Shown here: piece after piece, positions 9,477 to 19,040 of the stretch
How the letters are laid out: the number at the start of each line of letters is the position of its first letter
How positions within the stretch are numbered: position 1 is the stretch's first letter
From: Candidatus Bathyarchaeia archaeon
Lineage (GTDB): Archaea > Thermoproteota > Bathyarchaeia > Bathyarchaeales > Bathycorpusculaceae
Direction: 5' to 3'
DNA: 34,185 bases
NCBI GenBank assembly: GCA_049515895.1
Contig: JBEKTQ010000028.1
Span: 1-34,185 of the forward strand
Translations under genes and position numbers: made by a program
Notes under the pieces: generated by a model
What the model was told of the DNA's origin: nothing
Database searches by the model: none
Seen by the model: the letters and a program-made list of their open reading frames with translations, nothing else

Positions 9477-10496
9477 TTAGGCGTCTGGATCCTTGTTTCT
9501 CTTGATTCGATCATAAATGTGTTCGATAAGGCTATATTTTGAAATTGATTTCCTAAAAATGTAAGCAGGATCTAGGTCTCCGTTCCATTCTCTTTTCCAT
9601 CTCCATATACCCACATCGTGCAAACCCTTCGCATCAGGCCGCACATCACCCATATGATACTTTAAAAAGCCTCGTTTACATCCCCACTCCATAATTTTCC
9701 AATGAAGGAGGTCATTCGGTCTGGCTTCAAGAGCCATATTAAGATAGCCCCATCCCAACGCGTAGATTGTCTTAGCATGGATTGTCGTAAAGACACTCGA
9801 TACGTTGTTCCCTTTCCATCTGGCGAAGAATAGCCTTGAAGAATCTTTCTGGCTTCGTGACTTCCAGATCGTTTGAAACCAGGCGAGTGATGTGGGGACA
9901 AAATTGTGTCTATTCGCAATATCAAGAAACAGACGGTAGAATTCTTCAATATCCTCAAAACTACTGGTTTCTATGATTTCGACTCCTTTGTCGAGTGCTT
10001 TTTTGATATTCCTTCTCTTATTCCCATAAATACGGCTCCATAGGTCCTCTGCTCCTTTGCCTAAGTCTACAGTGTAAGCAGTATTTGTTCCAACGTATTT
10101 GTAACCCATGTTCCCGAACAAATCGGTGTATCCCCATTTGTAAGGCCACAGTATTTTGATCCGCAAGACGCGATTCTTGACCCCAAGCTTCTCAAAAGCA
10201 GGGATAATAGATTTCAATACACCGGGTTTATCCTTGCTCGTCATACTCAGTATCGGGCCTTCTTGGATATTCATGACCGTGCCAAATCCGAGATACTTTG
10301 AGAATCTACCTTGGGCTATACCCTCTGGCTCACCGTCCCGTGTGGCAATTAACCTGGGCGTTCTTGTGTGAGGATAAAGTTTTTTGATAGATTCGCCATA
10401 GTCAATCGTTTGCCACAAGTTCCCAAGTGAATTAATGGCTAGAAAAGAATCCCAGAGATCACGGTTAGGGTTTTCCAAAATCGAATATTCAGGCAT
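9477..10496 (-). CDS. FemAB/FemX-like GNAT-fold transferase (start reassigned to ATG 10496, MPEYSIL)
   Basis: WDSFL...GNLWQT, KRRNIKKALDKGVEI, PNDLLHWKIMEW, GIWRWKREWNG pattern of the FemABX/Acetyltransf_6 family. Confidence 0.8.
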   Translation of the reverse strand: MPEYSILENPNRDLWDSFLAINSLGNLWQTIDYGESIKKLYPHTRTPRLIATRDGEPEGIAQGRFSKYLGFGTVMNIQEGPILSMTSKDKPGVLKSIIPAFEKLGVKNRVLRIKILWPYKWGYTDLFGNMGYKYVGTNTAYTVDLGKGAEDLWSRIYGNKRRNIKKALDKGVEIIETSSFEDIEEFYRLFLDIANRHNFVPTSLAWFQTIWKSRSQKDSSRLFFARWKGNNVSSVFTTIHAKTIYALGWGYLNMALEARPNDLLHWKIMEWGCKRGFLKYHMGDVRPDAKGLHDVGIWRWKREWNGDLDPAYIFRKSISKYSLIEHIYDRIKRNKDPDA

Positions 10497-10736
10497 AAGT
10501 GTTCCATCATTATGACATAATCCACTTAGTGGAATCGTGCAAGTTTGGCATGCGTATATAGCGCGCTGCGCGCGACTAGTCACCGCGCGACATGGGGATG
10601 CCTAATACCCCAAAAGGCCTCCTCGAAGGGTAGTGCTGTTTGAACTTGCTTAAGGAGAGATTCCGTTAAGAGTTTTTCCCTACAACAAAAAGCAGAATTC
10701 ATTCAATCTCAATAATAAGTGGATGCGCAGGGTTCC

Positions 10737-11987
10737 TCATGTTCTCAAGTACCGCATTCGAATTCTTTTAATCCTTTTCCTACGCGTGTAATCTTTCGCC
10801 AAGTTTTTAGCTTCTTTCATTCGCCTCATTTTGGTTACCTCGGGTACGCGGTCTTTCAATTTCAATGACGGAAGGTTTGGTCTTTCACAATATATGTACC
10901 AATTAATCCTATCGAAATATGAGTGGCTGAGTAGATTCATTGTTTTTTTGAAGTCGTCTTCTGTTTCTCCTGGGAATCCCAGCATTATACTAGTGAGTAT
11001 CCGTATGGATGGGTAGTTTTTGTCAATGTCTTGTATGGTTTTTTCCCAGTCGTCGAGGTTAAACGTCTTGCCCATTTGTTTCAATATTCTCTCACTTCCT
11101 GACTGGATGTGGCTGCCGATTTCGAATATCCTTTTTGATAATAGTTTTTTATCTAGTTTGGGGTACAGGGCGATTAAGGAATTTGGGGAAACGTTATTTA
11201 TTGATATTTTGTATTTATTGTCTGGATATGTCTCGGCTATCTTGTTCAATAGGTCAGCCAGAGTTAAGCCTATGTCATGACCGTAGCAACCAAGATCTCT
11301 CCCGACGAATTCGAAATGCATATAATTTGCTGCCAATCCAAGTTCGAATTGCCTGAGAATTGTTTCGATGGGTACATCTCTTGACCATCTATAGGCAAGA
11401 CGATCACTACAGTAGGTGCAGCAGTTCCTGCATCCGCTCACTATTTTTATGTACCACTTCTTATGCGTGTAGCTGTAGAGCTTATCAACCGTGAAGTCGA
11501 TTATTCGGTGGGGCGAGGAAAAAGTCACCTGAGAGTTTACTTGAGGATACAGAGCGTTGGCAAATACGAGGTTAGTTCTTTCCCTCGGTTGATTGAAAAG
11601 GTCTGCGAAGAAGTCCCACTCTTCTGGACCGAGGAGAGGACCGTCATAAATTGCTTGGATGGCCCCAGGATTTATTTTTGGAAGACAGCCCCACACTATT
11701 AGTCTTGCTGAGGGTTTTTTCAGCCTGTTTATCCTTTCGATGATTTGCGCAGATTCAACATCATGCATGTCAAGGTGGCCGCATGCGTAGAACAGGATGA
11801 AATCGGCCTGTCTAACATTGTTTGTGCATTTGAATCCTGCGTCTTTCGAGAGAAGTTTTAATCTTTGCGTGTCTAGCAACCCTTCTTCACAAGCGTTGCT
11901 TATGAAATGCACTTTGAGGGCCTTGGGAGACTGCAATGTTGTTCCCTTAGTTAATCTCGTTTTCTCGATTTCAAAACATCTATTCAA
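10737..11987 (-). CDS. MiaB-like (methylthiotransferase-type) radical SAM protein without TRAM domain
   Basis: N-terminal UPF0004-type Cys triad (NAC, YAC, WGC), CxxxCxxC (GCRNCCTYC), IQSGSERILKQM, GFPGETEDDF; ends before any TRAM domain. Confidence 0.85.
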   Translation of the reverse strand: MNRCFEIEKTRLTKGTTLQSPKALKVHFISNACEEGLLDTQRLKLLSKDAGFKCTNNVRQADFILFYACGHLDMHDVESAQIIERINRLKKPSARLIVWGCLPKINPGAIQAIYDGPLLGPEEWDFFADLFNQPRERTNLVFANALYPQVNSQVTFSSPHRIIDFTVDKLYSYTHKKWYIKIVSGCRNCCTYCSDRLAYRWSRDVPIETILRQFELGLAANYMHFEFVGRDLGCYGHDIGLTLADLLNKIAETYPDNKYKISINNVSPNSLIALYPKLDKKLLSKRIFEIGSHIQSGSERILKQMGKTFNLDDWEKTIQDIDKNYPSIRILTSIMLGFPGETEDDFKKTMNLLSHSYFDRINWYIYCERPNLPSLKLKDRVPEVTKMRRMKEAKNLAKDYTRRKRIKRIRMRYLRT

Positions 11988-12524
11988 CTTTGTTTGAGCG
12001 CTGCCTTGTCCCTGTAATAGTTAAAGTTATCTTTTTGGACTATCCAAGTAATAGACTAATTCTTGAGAACATCGCAAGGGCGGTCTGAGCGTTTGCGTTC
12101 CAGGTTTTCCCAATTCATTGGTAAAGTGCGAACAATTCCGTAAGAGGTTAAACAGCTCAGATTTGCCCTCAAATCAAAAAATAAGAGTCATAACCATTTT
12201 ATTCCAATTTCGGGACAAGCCAGCGTGCGCTACAGGAGTACCTCAGCATTTATAATCTTACTAAGGCGCTGGTTGAGACAGCAATACCAAAGATAGGGAA
12301 CAATGAAGCCCGATCTCAGGATCGAGACGTGATATTTGTCGTAATGCATGAGGTTAAGTTAAAGTCGAATATCATAAATTGAGTGCGCGCGCTATACCTG
12401 CTTTAGAGTGAAGTCTGCAAAATCACAAATGGTCGGTGCGTTCAAAAACTTTACCTCTCCGTTTAAGAATCAAGTAATTTACCTAGAAACTGGTCCATTT
12501 TCATTTGCCTAGCGCGTTCGTTGA

Positions 12525-13637
12525 TTAGAAAGTCATTTGTTTGTAAATATTGGAGAGCTTTTTCACTTGTGTTTCCAAAGAAAAGTTATTGATTACTTGT
12601 TTTCTTCCTTCTCGCCCAAACTCAACTATGTCATCCTTATTCTCGAGCAAGCGCTGTATTGCGTTTGCTAGTTCCGCCGGTTCATTTCGAGACGTTAGGA
12701 TGCCAGTATTATAATTTCTTACGATTTCCGGAATTCCTCCTACAGGTGTTGCTACCACCGGAGTCTCACATGCAAGAGCCTCTAAGATAGTCATTGGAAA
12801 GGCTTCGTTGAACGAAGGTAAAACAAAGAGGGATGCTTTTTGATACCATTTTGCTATTTCAATATTGTCCATTGGGCCCAAATATGTTATCTTGTGTTTT
12901 CCTCTTCGATTTTCATCTTCGATGAGCCCCAAAATATAGGGCCGATAGTTGTTATCCATTGGACCAATAATAGCGAGTTGCACAGGTTTTTCTATATAGC
13001 GCAGAGCATTGACGAGCATATGTACTCCTTTGTTAGCCGTTACTCGCCCTACAAACAATAAGAGGTTGTCTATTTTTGATCCGTAAGGCTTGAATATGTT
13101 AACGTCTACGCCATTTGGCAGGTAGAAAATTCTGTTTCTGTTAATGCCTAAGGATACCATTTCATTTGTCATTTGACGTGATATGGAGATGCAGTAGTCT
13201 GGCAAGTGCTTCATTAACATGTGACTGATCCAATATCTTCTTAGAAATTGCACATCGAGACCGTGGCAGTGCAGAATTTTCGGCTTTCTTACTAATGATG
13301 AAAATAAGGGAAAACTGAATTCCAACTCGTGATAATGAAGTATGTCGTATTTGCTTAGGATGTTTGTAAATCTACTTGGAATAAGGTTTACTCTCATAGT
13401 AAGTCTGTGCGAGCGAAGAGCCCATAGAAGATTTAAGGCTGGAATCTTGTATACGGAAAAACCATCGTTGTTTTCTGTTTTTCCTTGCCAACTGGGAGTT
13501 CGCCATTGATCGGTGTTAAAGGTCAAAACATCGGTAGGAATATTGGCTTTGTTAAGGAGCATAGAAAGATTTCGAACAACGGTTTCTGTCCCGCCTTTTA
13601 CGGGGAAATAACAAGGTGTGATCATCAAGACGCGCAA
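12525..13637 (-). CDS. Glycosyltransferase family 4
   Basis: GGTE, PNGVD, FVGR...KG, E.FPMTILEALACETPVV motif. Confidence 0.9.
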   Translation of the reverse strand: MRVLMITPCYFPVKGGTETVVRNLSMLLNKANIPTDVLTFNTDQWRTPSWQGKTENNDGFSVYKIPALNLLWALRSHRLTMRVNLIPSRFTNILSKYDILHYHELEFSFPLFSSLVRKPKILHCHGLDVQFLRRYWISHMLMKHLPDYCISISRQMTNEMVSLGINRNRIFYLPNGVDVNIFKPYGSKIDNLLLFVGRVTANKGVHMLVNALRYIEKPVQLAIIGPMDNNYRPYILGLIEDENRRGKHKITYLGPMDNIEIAKWYQKASLFVLPSFNEAFPMTILEALACETPVVATPVGGIPEIVRNYNTGILTSRNEPAELANAIQRLLENKDDIVEFGREGRKQVINNFSLETQVKKLSNIYKQMTF

Positions 13638-13699
13638 TAAAATACCTTCGTTAAGCTTTTGTCTGTCTTTGGATAATTCTCCGCTGTGATTTGTGGTTA

Positions 13700-14638
13700 T
13701 TATTTAATTTGAAAAAACTCTTTGAAATGTGCGTAAATAAATCTGGGGGTGTATTTGAAGTATTTCTGGGGCCATATGATGCTTGTTTCATAACACAGTT
13801 GCACTTGGTCTTGAGTGATTGTCAGTTCTTTTGATGATGTCATCAAATTTGAGTTTATCTCCAGCAGTCCCGCACTCCGCAACTTCGAGATTTGCTTGAG
13901 AAGTAACTCGAATTTTTGGAACATTGCGCGTGTTTCTTTGGCAGACCTTAGAGGTACTCTCAGTAGTTTGGATGGGTTGCCCATGTAGTAAATAGAATCC
14001 CACATTTTCTGGTGCATGAATTGCGTGGGATGTAGATCAAGAACGGCAATTTTTCGCTTTAGAACCGCGGATAATAAACATTGATAATCATGCCGAGTGC
14101 CAAACCAATGCTGCATGAACGTGTCTGGATAGAAAGTTATTCCTTTATATCGAACTGGTTCAGATGTAGTGATGCTTGAAGAAAAGTCAAATTCTATGCC
14201 CAGATTAGATAATGCCTCCAAATTTGGAGGAGTCCAGCTCATCCCGGGGGCGCGGTAAGCTCTTATCCTTTTTGGTTTGAAAAGTTCCTGAAGTACGTAT
14301 ATTCCGCCTTCTCGTTCTGCTTTTCCTGTCAATGGGTTTATGTGTGCGGTTTCTCTCTTTAATGAGATTAGATAAGCTTGTTTGTAGCTTCGTAAATCGG
14401 CATACTCTGCAATTAATGGACGAACCGAATGTCCAGATGAGTGAAAGCCTATTTCATGATTTCTAAGTAGTTCCAAGATTTCTGGGAAATTGCCTAGTTT
14501 TTCAGCCATGTGTCCGCTAATAAAGAATATGCCTTTCAATTCGTATTTTTCCAGCATCTCCAAAAAAGTTCTGAGTGCACTTATTTCGTTTGCGCTCACG
14601 AAATCTTCAACATCAAATGTTAACATTAGCTTGTGCAT
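13700..14638 (-). CDS. Polysaccharide deacetylase family protein
   Basis: LTFDVED, HEIGFHSSGH, YRAPG, DLHP NodB-like motifs. Confidence 0.8.
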   Translation of the reverse strand: MHKLMLTFDVEDFVSANEISALRTFLEMLEKYELKGIFFISGHMAEKLGNFPEILELLRNHEIGFHSSGHSVRPLIAEYADLRSYKQAYLISLKRETAHINPLTGKAEREGGIYVLQELFKPKRIRAYRAPGMSWTPPNLEALSNLGIEFDFSSSITTSEPVRYKGITFYPDTFMQHWFGTRHDYQCLLSAVLKRKIAVLDLHPTQFMHQKMWDSIYYMGNPSKLLRVPLRSAKETRAMFQKFELLLKQISKLRSAGLLEINSNLMTSSKELTITQDQVQLCYETSIIWPQKYFKYTPRFIYAHFKEFFQIK

Positions 14639-14882
14639 GACATCTCACCTGTAAATGACTTAAAAATAAACTGTGCTTCTGCTTGTATCCTATTATTTGC
14701 CCCGTTTGTTCTGTTTCCTAAAGGAAGGCTAACAGTTTTTAAAGAAGTCAACTAATTCCCGATTTTTTGATCGGCCCTAGCGTGAATTGTTGTTTCGAAA
14801 TTGGTCAAAATTATCATATTCCATTTCTTGCTGTCTGTCCATTGCGCGCGCGACGCGTACTATTCGCTGATTTCTTTTTTGT

Positions 14883-16046
14883 TTAATGTGTTAGTGCGTC
14901 TAGATAAACGTTCAAAGTTCTCTTGGCAATAGCATCCCAAGAGATTTCTATTGCGTGTTTTCGGGCAGCATTTCCTAACTCTTTTCTTAAGTCAGGTTTG
15001 TTCATGAGTTTCAGAATAGCATCGGCTAGAGCCTCTGGGTCGTTTGGAGGAATTAGAATACTGCAGTCTTTTGAGTATTCAGTTGTTCCTCCAATGTTTG
15101 TCGCGATTACTGGTGTTGCGTTTGCCATTGCTCGCGTGAGAATACTGCTTCCATGAACAGGTTTTGTGTAGATAGCAAAAGTGAACATGCTCTCTTGCAT
15201 TTTTCTGTCAAATTCGTCTTCGCTCAGTCTTCCGCCCCAAACAATGCAATCCTTCACGCCCAATTCTTCAGCGCGAACATCCGCAGATTCATTTTCTGAT
15301 GCACTATAAATCCCGTAAAAATGAACCAGAATCTTTTTTCCTTTTTTCTTCAGTATTTTTAGTGCTTCGAAAAGGACGAATACACCTTTTCCTTCTACGG
15401 GAGCTCCGAAGAAAGTTATTTCATTCCTTTCTTTAGATAATAGGGTAGGAATCTTCGCTCCGTGAGGAATGACTGTTATTATAGAAGCGTCTGTCCCAAT
15501 TGAGATCAAGCTTTCTCTCATTTCTTTTGAGTGTACTGTTATCCTATCCGCTTTGTTGTATATTTGCTTATATATTACCTTGAGTACTTTTAGCCCCCAC
15601 ATAGTTTTGTCTATTTCATGGGCTGTTATGATTTTCTTATTGGAGGTGGGGATCAACATAATTGGGAACAATGGCAGCATCCCAAGTGAATAAACACTCT
15701 GCTGATAATGAATGACATCATATGATTTGCATTTAGCAAGATAACCGACTCCGCGTAGGAATTGTAAGGAAACTTGAAGAACCACATTAAGTACACGGCT
15801 TACTGGGTTCTTGGGGTATGTGTAAACATATGGTGGGAAGTTGACAAATTGACAGTTTTTGTCATGTAGCTTGTTCTCTACTCCGGTGAATCTTGAGCGC
15901 GCGCAAAAGCAATGGGAAGACACAACGCTCACAAGAACAAAGGGAAGTTTTTCAAGGCTATCTCGTAGATTGTAGGAATAATTAGTCACGGACAAATCCG
16001 TGTACCAACATGTTATGAGTCCGATTTTTATGGTCAAATTTCTCAA
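14883..16046 (-). CDS. Glycosyltransferase family 4
   Basis: ITAHE, IPHG, FFG...KG, AMANATPVIATNIGG, SWDAIA. Confidence 0.85.
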   Translation of the reverse strand: MRNLTIKIGLITCWYTDLSVTNYSYNLRDSLEKLPFVLVSVVSSHCFCARSRFTGVENKLHDKNCQFVNFPPYVYTYPKNPVSRVLNVVLQVSLQFLRGVGYLAKCKSYDVIHYQQSVYSLGMLPLFPIMLIPTSNKKIITAHEIDKTMWGLKVLKVIYKQIYNKADRITVHSKEMRESLISIGTDASIITVIPHGAKIPTLLSKERNEITFFGAPVEGKGVFVLFEALKILKKKGKKILVHFYGIYSASENESADVRAEELGVKDCIVWGGRLSEDEFDRKMQESMFTFAIYTKPVHGSSILTRAMANATPVIATNIGGTTEYSKDCSILIPPNDPEALADAILKLMNKPDLRKELGNAARKHAIEISWDAIAKRTLNVYLDALTH

Positions 16047-16112
16047 TCACCAACGTTTTAGATCCTATTAATAATCAGCACACGCGAAAGTTGACTTCAA
16101 CACATTGTGAAC

Positions 16113-16283
16113 CTACAATCGCGCGACGCGCGTAAAGCAGATTACGAAGCTTCTTCCTCTCTTTTGTCCAATTACCCATTCTCGATCTTCTTCATCTGTT
16201 AGAACAGACTTTGCATATTCCTCGAATTCTTCCTCAGAGCGCATCTCACTCATTCTGTTTATTCTCAGGTATGCTATCGGCAC
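16113..16283 (-). CDS. Small hypothetical protein, 56 aa (below the ORF-track cutoff)
   Basis: GTG start preceded by GAGGAG; MPIAYLRINRMSEMRSEEEFEEYAKSVLTDEEDREWVIGQKRGRSFVICFTRVARL*. Confidence 0.45.
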   Translation of the reverse strand: MPIAYLRINRMSEMRSEEEFEEYAKSVLTDEEDREWVIGQKRGRSFVICFTRVARL

Positions 16284-16365
16284 AAAATTCTCCTCTGTTT
16301 AGCGCGCACTAGTCTAATTCTCTCACATTTTCCCATCATTATGATCAAAACGTCCATTTGCTATG

Positions 16366-17373
16366 TTAAAGGTCAATCTCATCTATTTCTTGTATCAACT
16401 TTAGTGCGCGTCCGTTAAACAAGTTGTAATACCATCCGACGGTAAGCTCCAAACCCTCCTCCAAACTGACCCGCGGTTCGTATCCTATTAGAGTCTTGGC
16501 GAGGAGATTAGAACCGAAAAATCTTCGAACGTCCCCAGGGCGTCTATCCGTGTAAATTGCAGGCTTATTATAGTTCATTAGTTTGGCGATTCGCGACAGA
16601 AGATCTTTGATTGTAGTTTCTCCGCCGCTGGCAATGTTCAATACTTTGCCTCTCGTTGCTTTCACATCATATATCCTAATCGTAGCATCAACCAAATCTG
16701 ATACATACGTAAAATCTCTAGTCTGTAGTCCATCACCATGGATTATCGGTGGCTTCCGATGGATGATTCTTCTTATGTTTAGCGGTATTACAGCTGAATA
16801 AAATTTTTCGTTCTGTCTAGGACCGAAGGCGTTGAAGGGTCTTACTATCGATACATCAATCCCAAATGTTAGAATGTAAGACAGAACAAGGTGATCAGAC
16901 GCTATTTTGCTTGCGCCATAAGGCGTGGTTGGATTCAAGGGGTGTTCCTCAGTCATAGGCACATCAATGGCGTCTCCATATGCTTCAGAGGAGGAATAGT
17001 GAATGAGAGTTCTGTAATACCCCTTTCTCGCTAGCTCGCATAAAACTGAGGTGAGTTTCACATTTGTGTCATAAGCCAACTTCGGCTTACTTAGACACTC
17101 GGGCAATGGAACAATAGCCAGGTTGAAGACGACATCAACACTTTCCTTTTCTAGGATGGACTCCATCCGACTCATTCTAGTTGCGTTCTGCCTGTATACT
17201 TTCAGCTCAGGGTAATTCTGTTTTGCCAAAACCAAATTTCTCTCCTTACCAAGAGAAAAATCGTCGACAACAACAAGATTATCCGGTTTTTCCTTTATTA
17301 TTCGATCTACCAAATGGCTACCAATAAAACCAGCGCCGCCAGTTACCAGGACGGATTTGTTTTTCAAGCTCAT
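16366..17373 (-). CDS. NAD-dependent nucleotide-sugar epimerase/dehydratase (extended SDR)
   Basis: TGGAGFIGSH, SSSEAYG, YGASK, RPFNAFGP, GDGLQTRDFTYV. Confidence 0.92.
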   Translation of the reverse strand: MSLKNKSVLVTGGAGFIGSHLVDRIIKEKPDNLVVVDDFSLGKERNLVLAKQNYPELKVYRQNATRMSRMESILEKESVDVVFNLAIVPLPECLSKPKLAYDTNVKLTSVLCELARKGYYRTLIHYSSSEAYGDAIDVPMTEEHPLNPTTPYGASKIASDHLVLSYILTFGIDVSIVRPFNAFGPRQNEKFYSAVIPLNIRRIIHRKPPIIHGDGLQTRDFTYVSDLVDATIRIYDVKATRGKVLNIASGGETTIKDLLSRIAKLMNYNKPAIYTDRRPGDVRRFFGSNLLAKTLIGYEPRVSLEEGLELTVGWYYNLFNGRALKLIQEIDEIDL

Positions 17374-17493
17374 ATATGATCACCGGAGTAATGGTCACTT
17401 TTTGTTTACATCAGCCAAAGAAATAGGAATCCCCTTTTTGGGCGACTCGACGCGCGCGTGGCTGTTCCGAAATTTGGTCAAAAATGGTTTTTA

Positions 17494-17868
17494 TTAGGCG
17501 ACTTTAGGTATCTGCGGACAATTTCGCGAATTGCATCCGGTTTTGGTCTCTTTGCAAAAGCCACCTTTCTCAAACCTGCGCAGATGCTTTAGGCGGGAGA
17601 AAGGAAGATGGACAAGCTCAATTGAAGAGTCTAAGAGTGCGGCAGAAACCTGCTTCTTAGCTTTAGGCGGGACGTCATAAACATACTTTGGCCTCCCAAG
17701 ACCTGGAGAAACTATTTTTTCCCGCGCTAATACACCTTCGCTTAACAATTTCTTAATATGCAGTTTTAGAGTGTTGTGAGAAAACCCCACCTCATCAAGG
17801 AGATCAGTGAAAGGTTTTGGCTTCCCAATCTTCAAAACAGAGAGAGTTCGCTCATCGATGATATCCAT
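17494..17868 (-). CDS. ArsR-like winged-helix protein with Cys-rich C-terminus
   Basis: FTDLLDEVGFSHNTLKLHIKKLLSEG...GRPKYVY wHTH; C-terminal CKETKTGCNSRNCP. Confidence 0.8.
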   Translation of the reverse strand: MDIIDERTLSVLKIGKPKPFTDLLDEVGFSHNTLKLHIKKLLSEGVLAREKIVSPGLGRPKYVYDVPPKAKKQVSAALLDSSIELVHLPFSRLKHLRRFEKGGFCKETKTGCNSRNCPQIPKVA

Positions 17869-17890
17869 GATTAAACCATGTCAAAACGGA

Positions 17891-17905
17891 CTTAAAACCA
17901 TTTTT
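17891..17905 (-). promoter_or_regulatory. Putative BRE/TATA promoter inside the right inverted repeat
   Basis: Minus strand AAAAATGG-TTTTAAG ending 23 nt before ATG 17868, the usual spacing for a leaderless archaeal transcript. Confidence 0.45.
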
Positions 17906-17936
17906 AGCCAATTTTAGGAACAAACATGCGCGCTAC

Positions 17937-19040
17937 TTAGCGTATAATTTCCTTAAGACCTGATATCAAATGATCCGATATTTCCTCGCTTGTTATTGGA
18001 TATCTGTGCCAGTCTATCCATATGGACTCGTCGCGCAATTTTTCAGCTGTTGGACACTTTCTGGCGAAACGTTGGTAAAAAGGTAATTCATAAAGAAGCC
18101 CAGAATATCCTCCTCCTATGGTTCTTCTAGGTATTCCATTGTCAAGTCCTTTCATTTTAAGGGCTTCTAAGAAACTGTCTCTAGACATACCAGCTTTCTC
18201 ATCCAGAAAACGACACCCAATAATGTAGCAGGCGGACTTCATGTAGCTAGGTGGTTGTGGAAGTTCTAAACAATCAGGAAGAACAGAAGCTATGAACTTA
18301 GCATTTCGAATCTGCCAGTCAACTTGGAACTGTAAGCTATCCATTTGGAGAAGCCCAACAGCTGCTTGGAGGTCTGACATACGGAAGTTAAAACACAGAT
18401 AATTTGCCCCATTTTTTTCTCCATGATTTCGGATGTTTCTACATTTCTCAGCAATCCTATCATCGTTAGTAACTATCATCCCCCCCTCACCGGTGCTTAT
18501 CATCTTGGTCATATCTCCTCCAAGACTGAAACACCCAACAACACCGACGCGTCCAACCTTTTGTCCTTTGTACTCTGCTCCTAACGCCTGGGAACAATCT
18601 TCAATTATAGGAACACCACTGGGAAACTCGTCTAATTCACACGGCATACCCAGCTGATGAGCAGCAACAATACCTTTAAGTGGGTTTTTCCGAAGGCTTT
18701 TTTGCAGCTCTTTTGGATTAATGTTACCCTGTTTGTCTACATCATTGAACATGGGAACGGCTCCAGCGAGTAGTATTGGAGCCACAGATCCGATGTGCGT
18801 GTAGGGTGAGACCGCCACTAGGTCGCCTTGCCCTATCCCGCAAGCACGCAAAGCAACGTAGATGCTGGCAGAACCGTTTGAAACAGCTATCGCGTGTTTG
18901 GCTCCAATATACTCTGCGAACTTACGCTCAAATTCCAGCAAATATGGACCGCCATTAGGTGATCTCCACCAGCCACACAAGCGTCCACTCTTTAACAATT
19001 CTATAACGCAGGACCAATCGATGTTGCCAAGTATTGCCAT
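17937..19040 (-). CDS. DegT/DnrJ/EryC1/StrS PLP-dependent sugar aminotransferase
   Basis: FERKFAEYIG, VSNGS, IEDCSQALG, FS...KMISTGEGGM (PLP Lys), NFRMSDLQAAVG. Confidence 0.9.
   Translation of the reverse strand: MAILGNIDWSCVIELLKSGRLCGWWRSPNGGPYLLEFERKFAEYIGAKHAIAVSNGSASIYVALRACGIGQGDLVAVSPYTHIGSVAPILLAGAVPMFNDVDKQGNINPKELQKSLRKNPLKGIVAAHQLGMPCELDEFPSGVPIIEDCSQALGAEYKGQKVGRVGVVGCFSLGGDMTKMISTGEGGMIVTNDDRIAEKCRNIRNHGEKNGANYLCFNFRMSDLQAAVGLLQMDSLQFQVDWQIRNAKFIASVLPDCLELPQPPSYMKSACYIIGCRFLDEKAGMSRDSFLEALKMKGLDNGIPRRTIGGGYSGLLYELPFYQRFARKCPTAEKLRDESIWIDWHRYPITSEEISDHLISGLKEIIR

Larger units (their letters stand above)
17458..17927. mobile_element. Putative non-autonomous (MITE-like) element with imperfect terminal inverted repeats, flanked on both sides by GCGCGC, carrying a wHTH gene
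   Basis: 17463-17491 TGTTCCGAAATTTGGTCAAAAATGGTTTT vs reverse complement of 17894-17922 TGTTCCTAAAATTGGCTAAAAATGGTTTT (25/29); GCGCGC at 17452-17457 and 17928-17933, each exactly 5 nt outside the repeat. Confidence 0.7.

Noticed and set aside
10497-10583. N-terminal extension of the GNAT ORF (also 23338-23394 and 24751-24819 for other genes)
   Set aside because: The extensions run through GC tracts or RBS sequences, and family-typical N-termini begin at the downstream ATGs.
10737-11987. Naming the radical SAM genes miaB/mtaB/rimO
   Set aside because: No TRAM domain, two diverged copies and a glycan context; orthology is unsupported.
17463-17922. Tn7-like ends (TGT...ACA)
   Set aside because: There are no repeated internal TnsB sites and no tns genes; the 5 nt outside TGT are not a direct repeat, and the similarity to the IS5/IS1182-like end is a better explanation.
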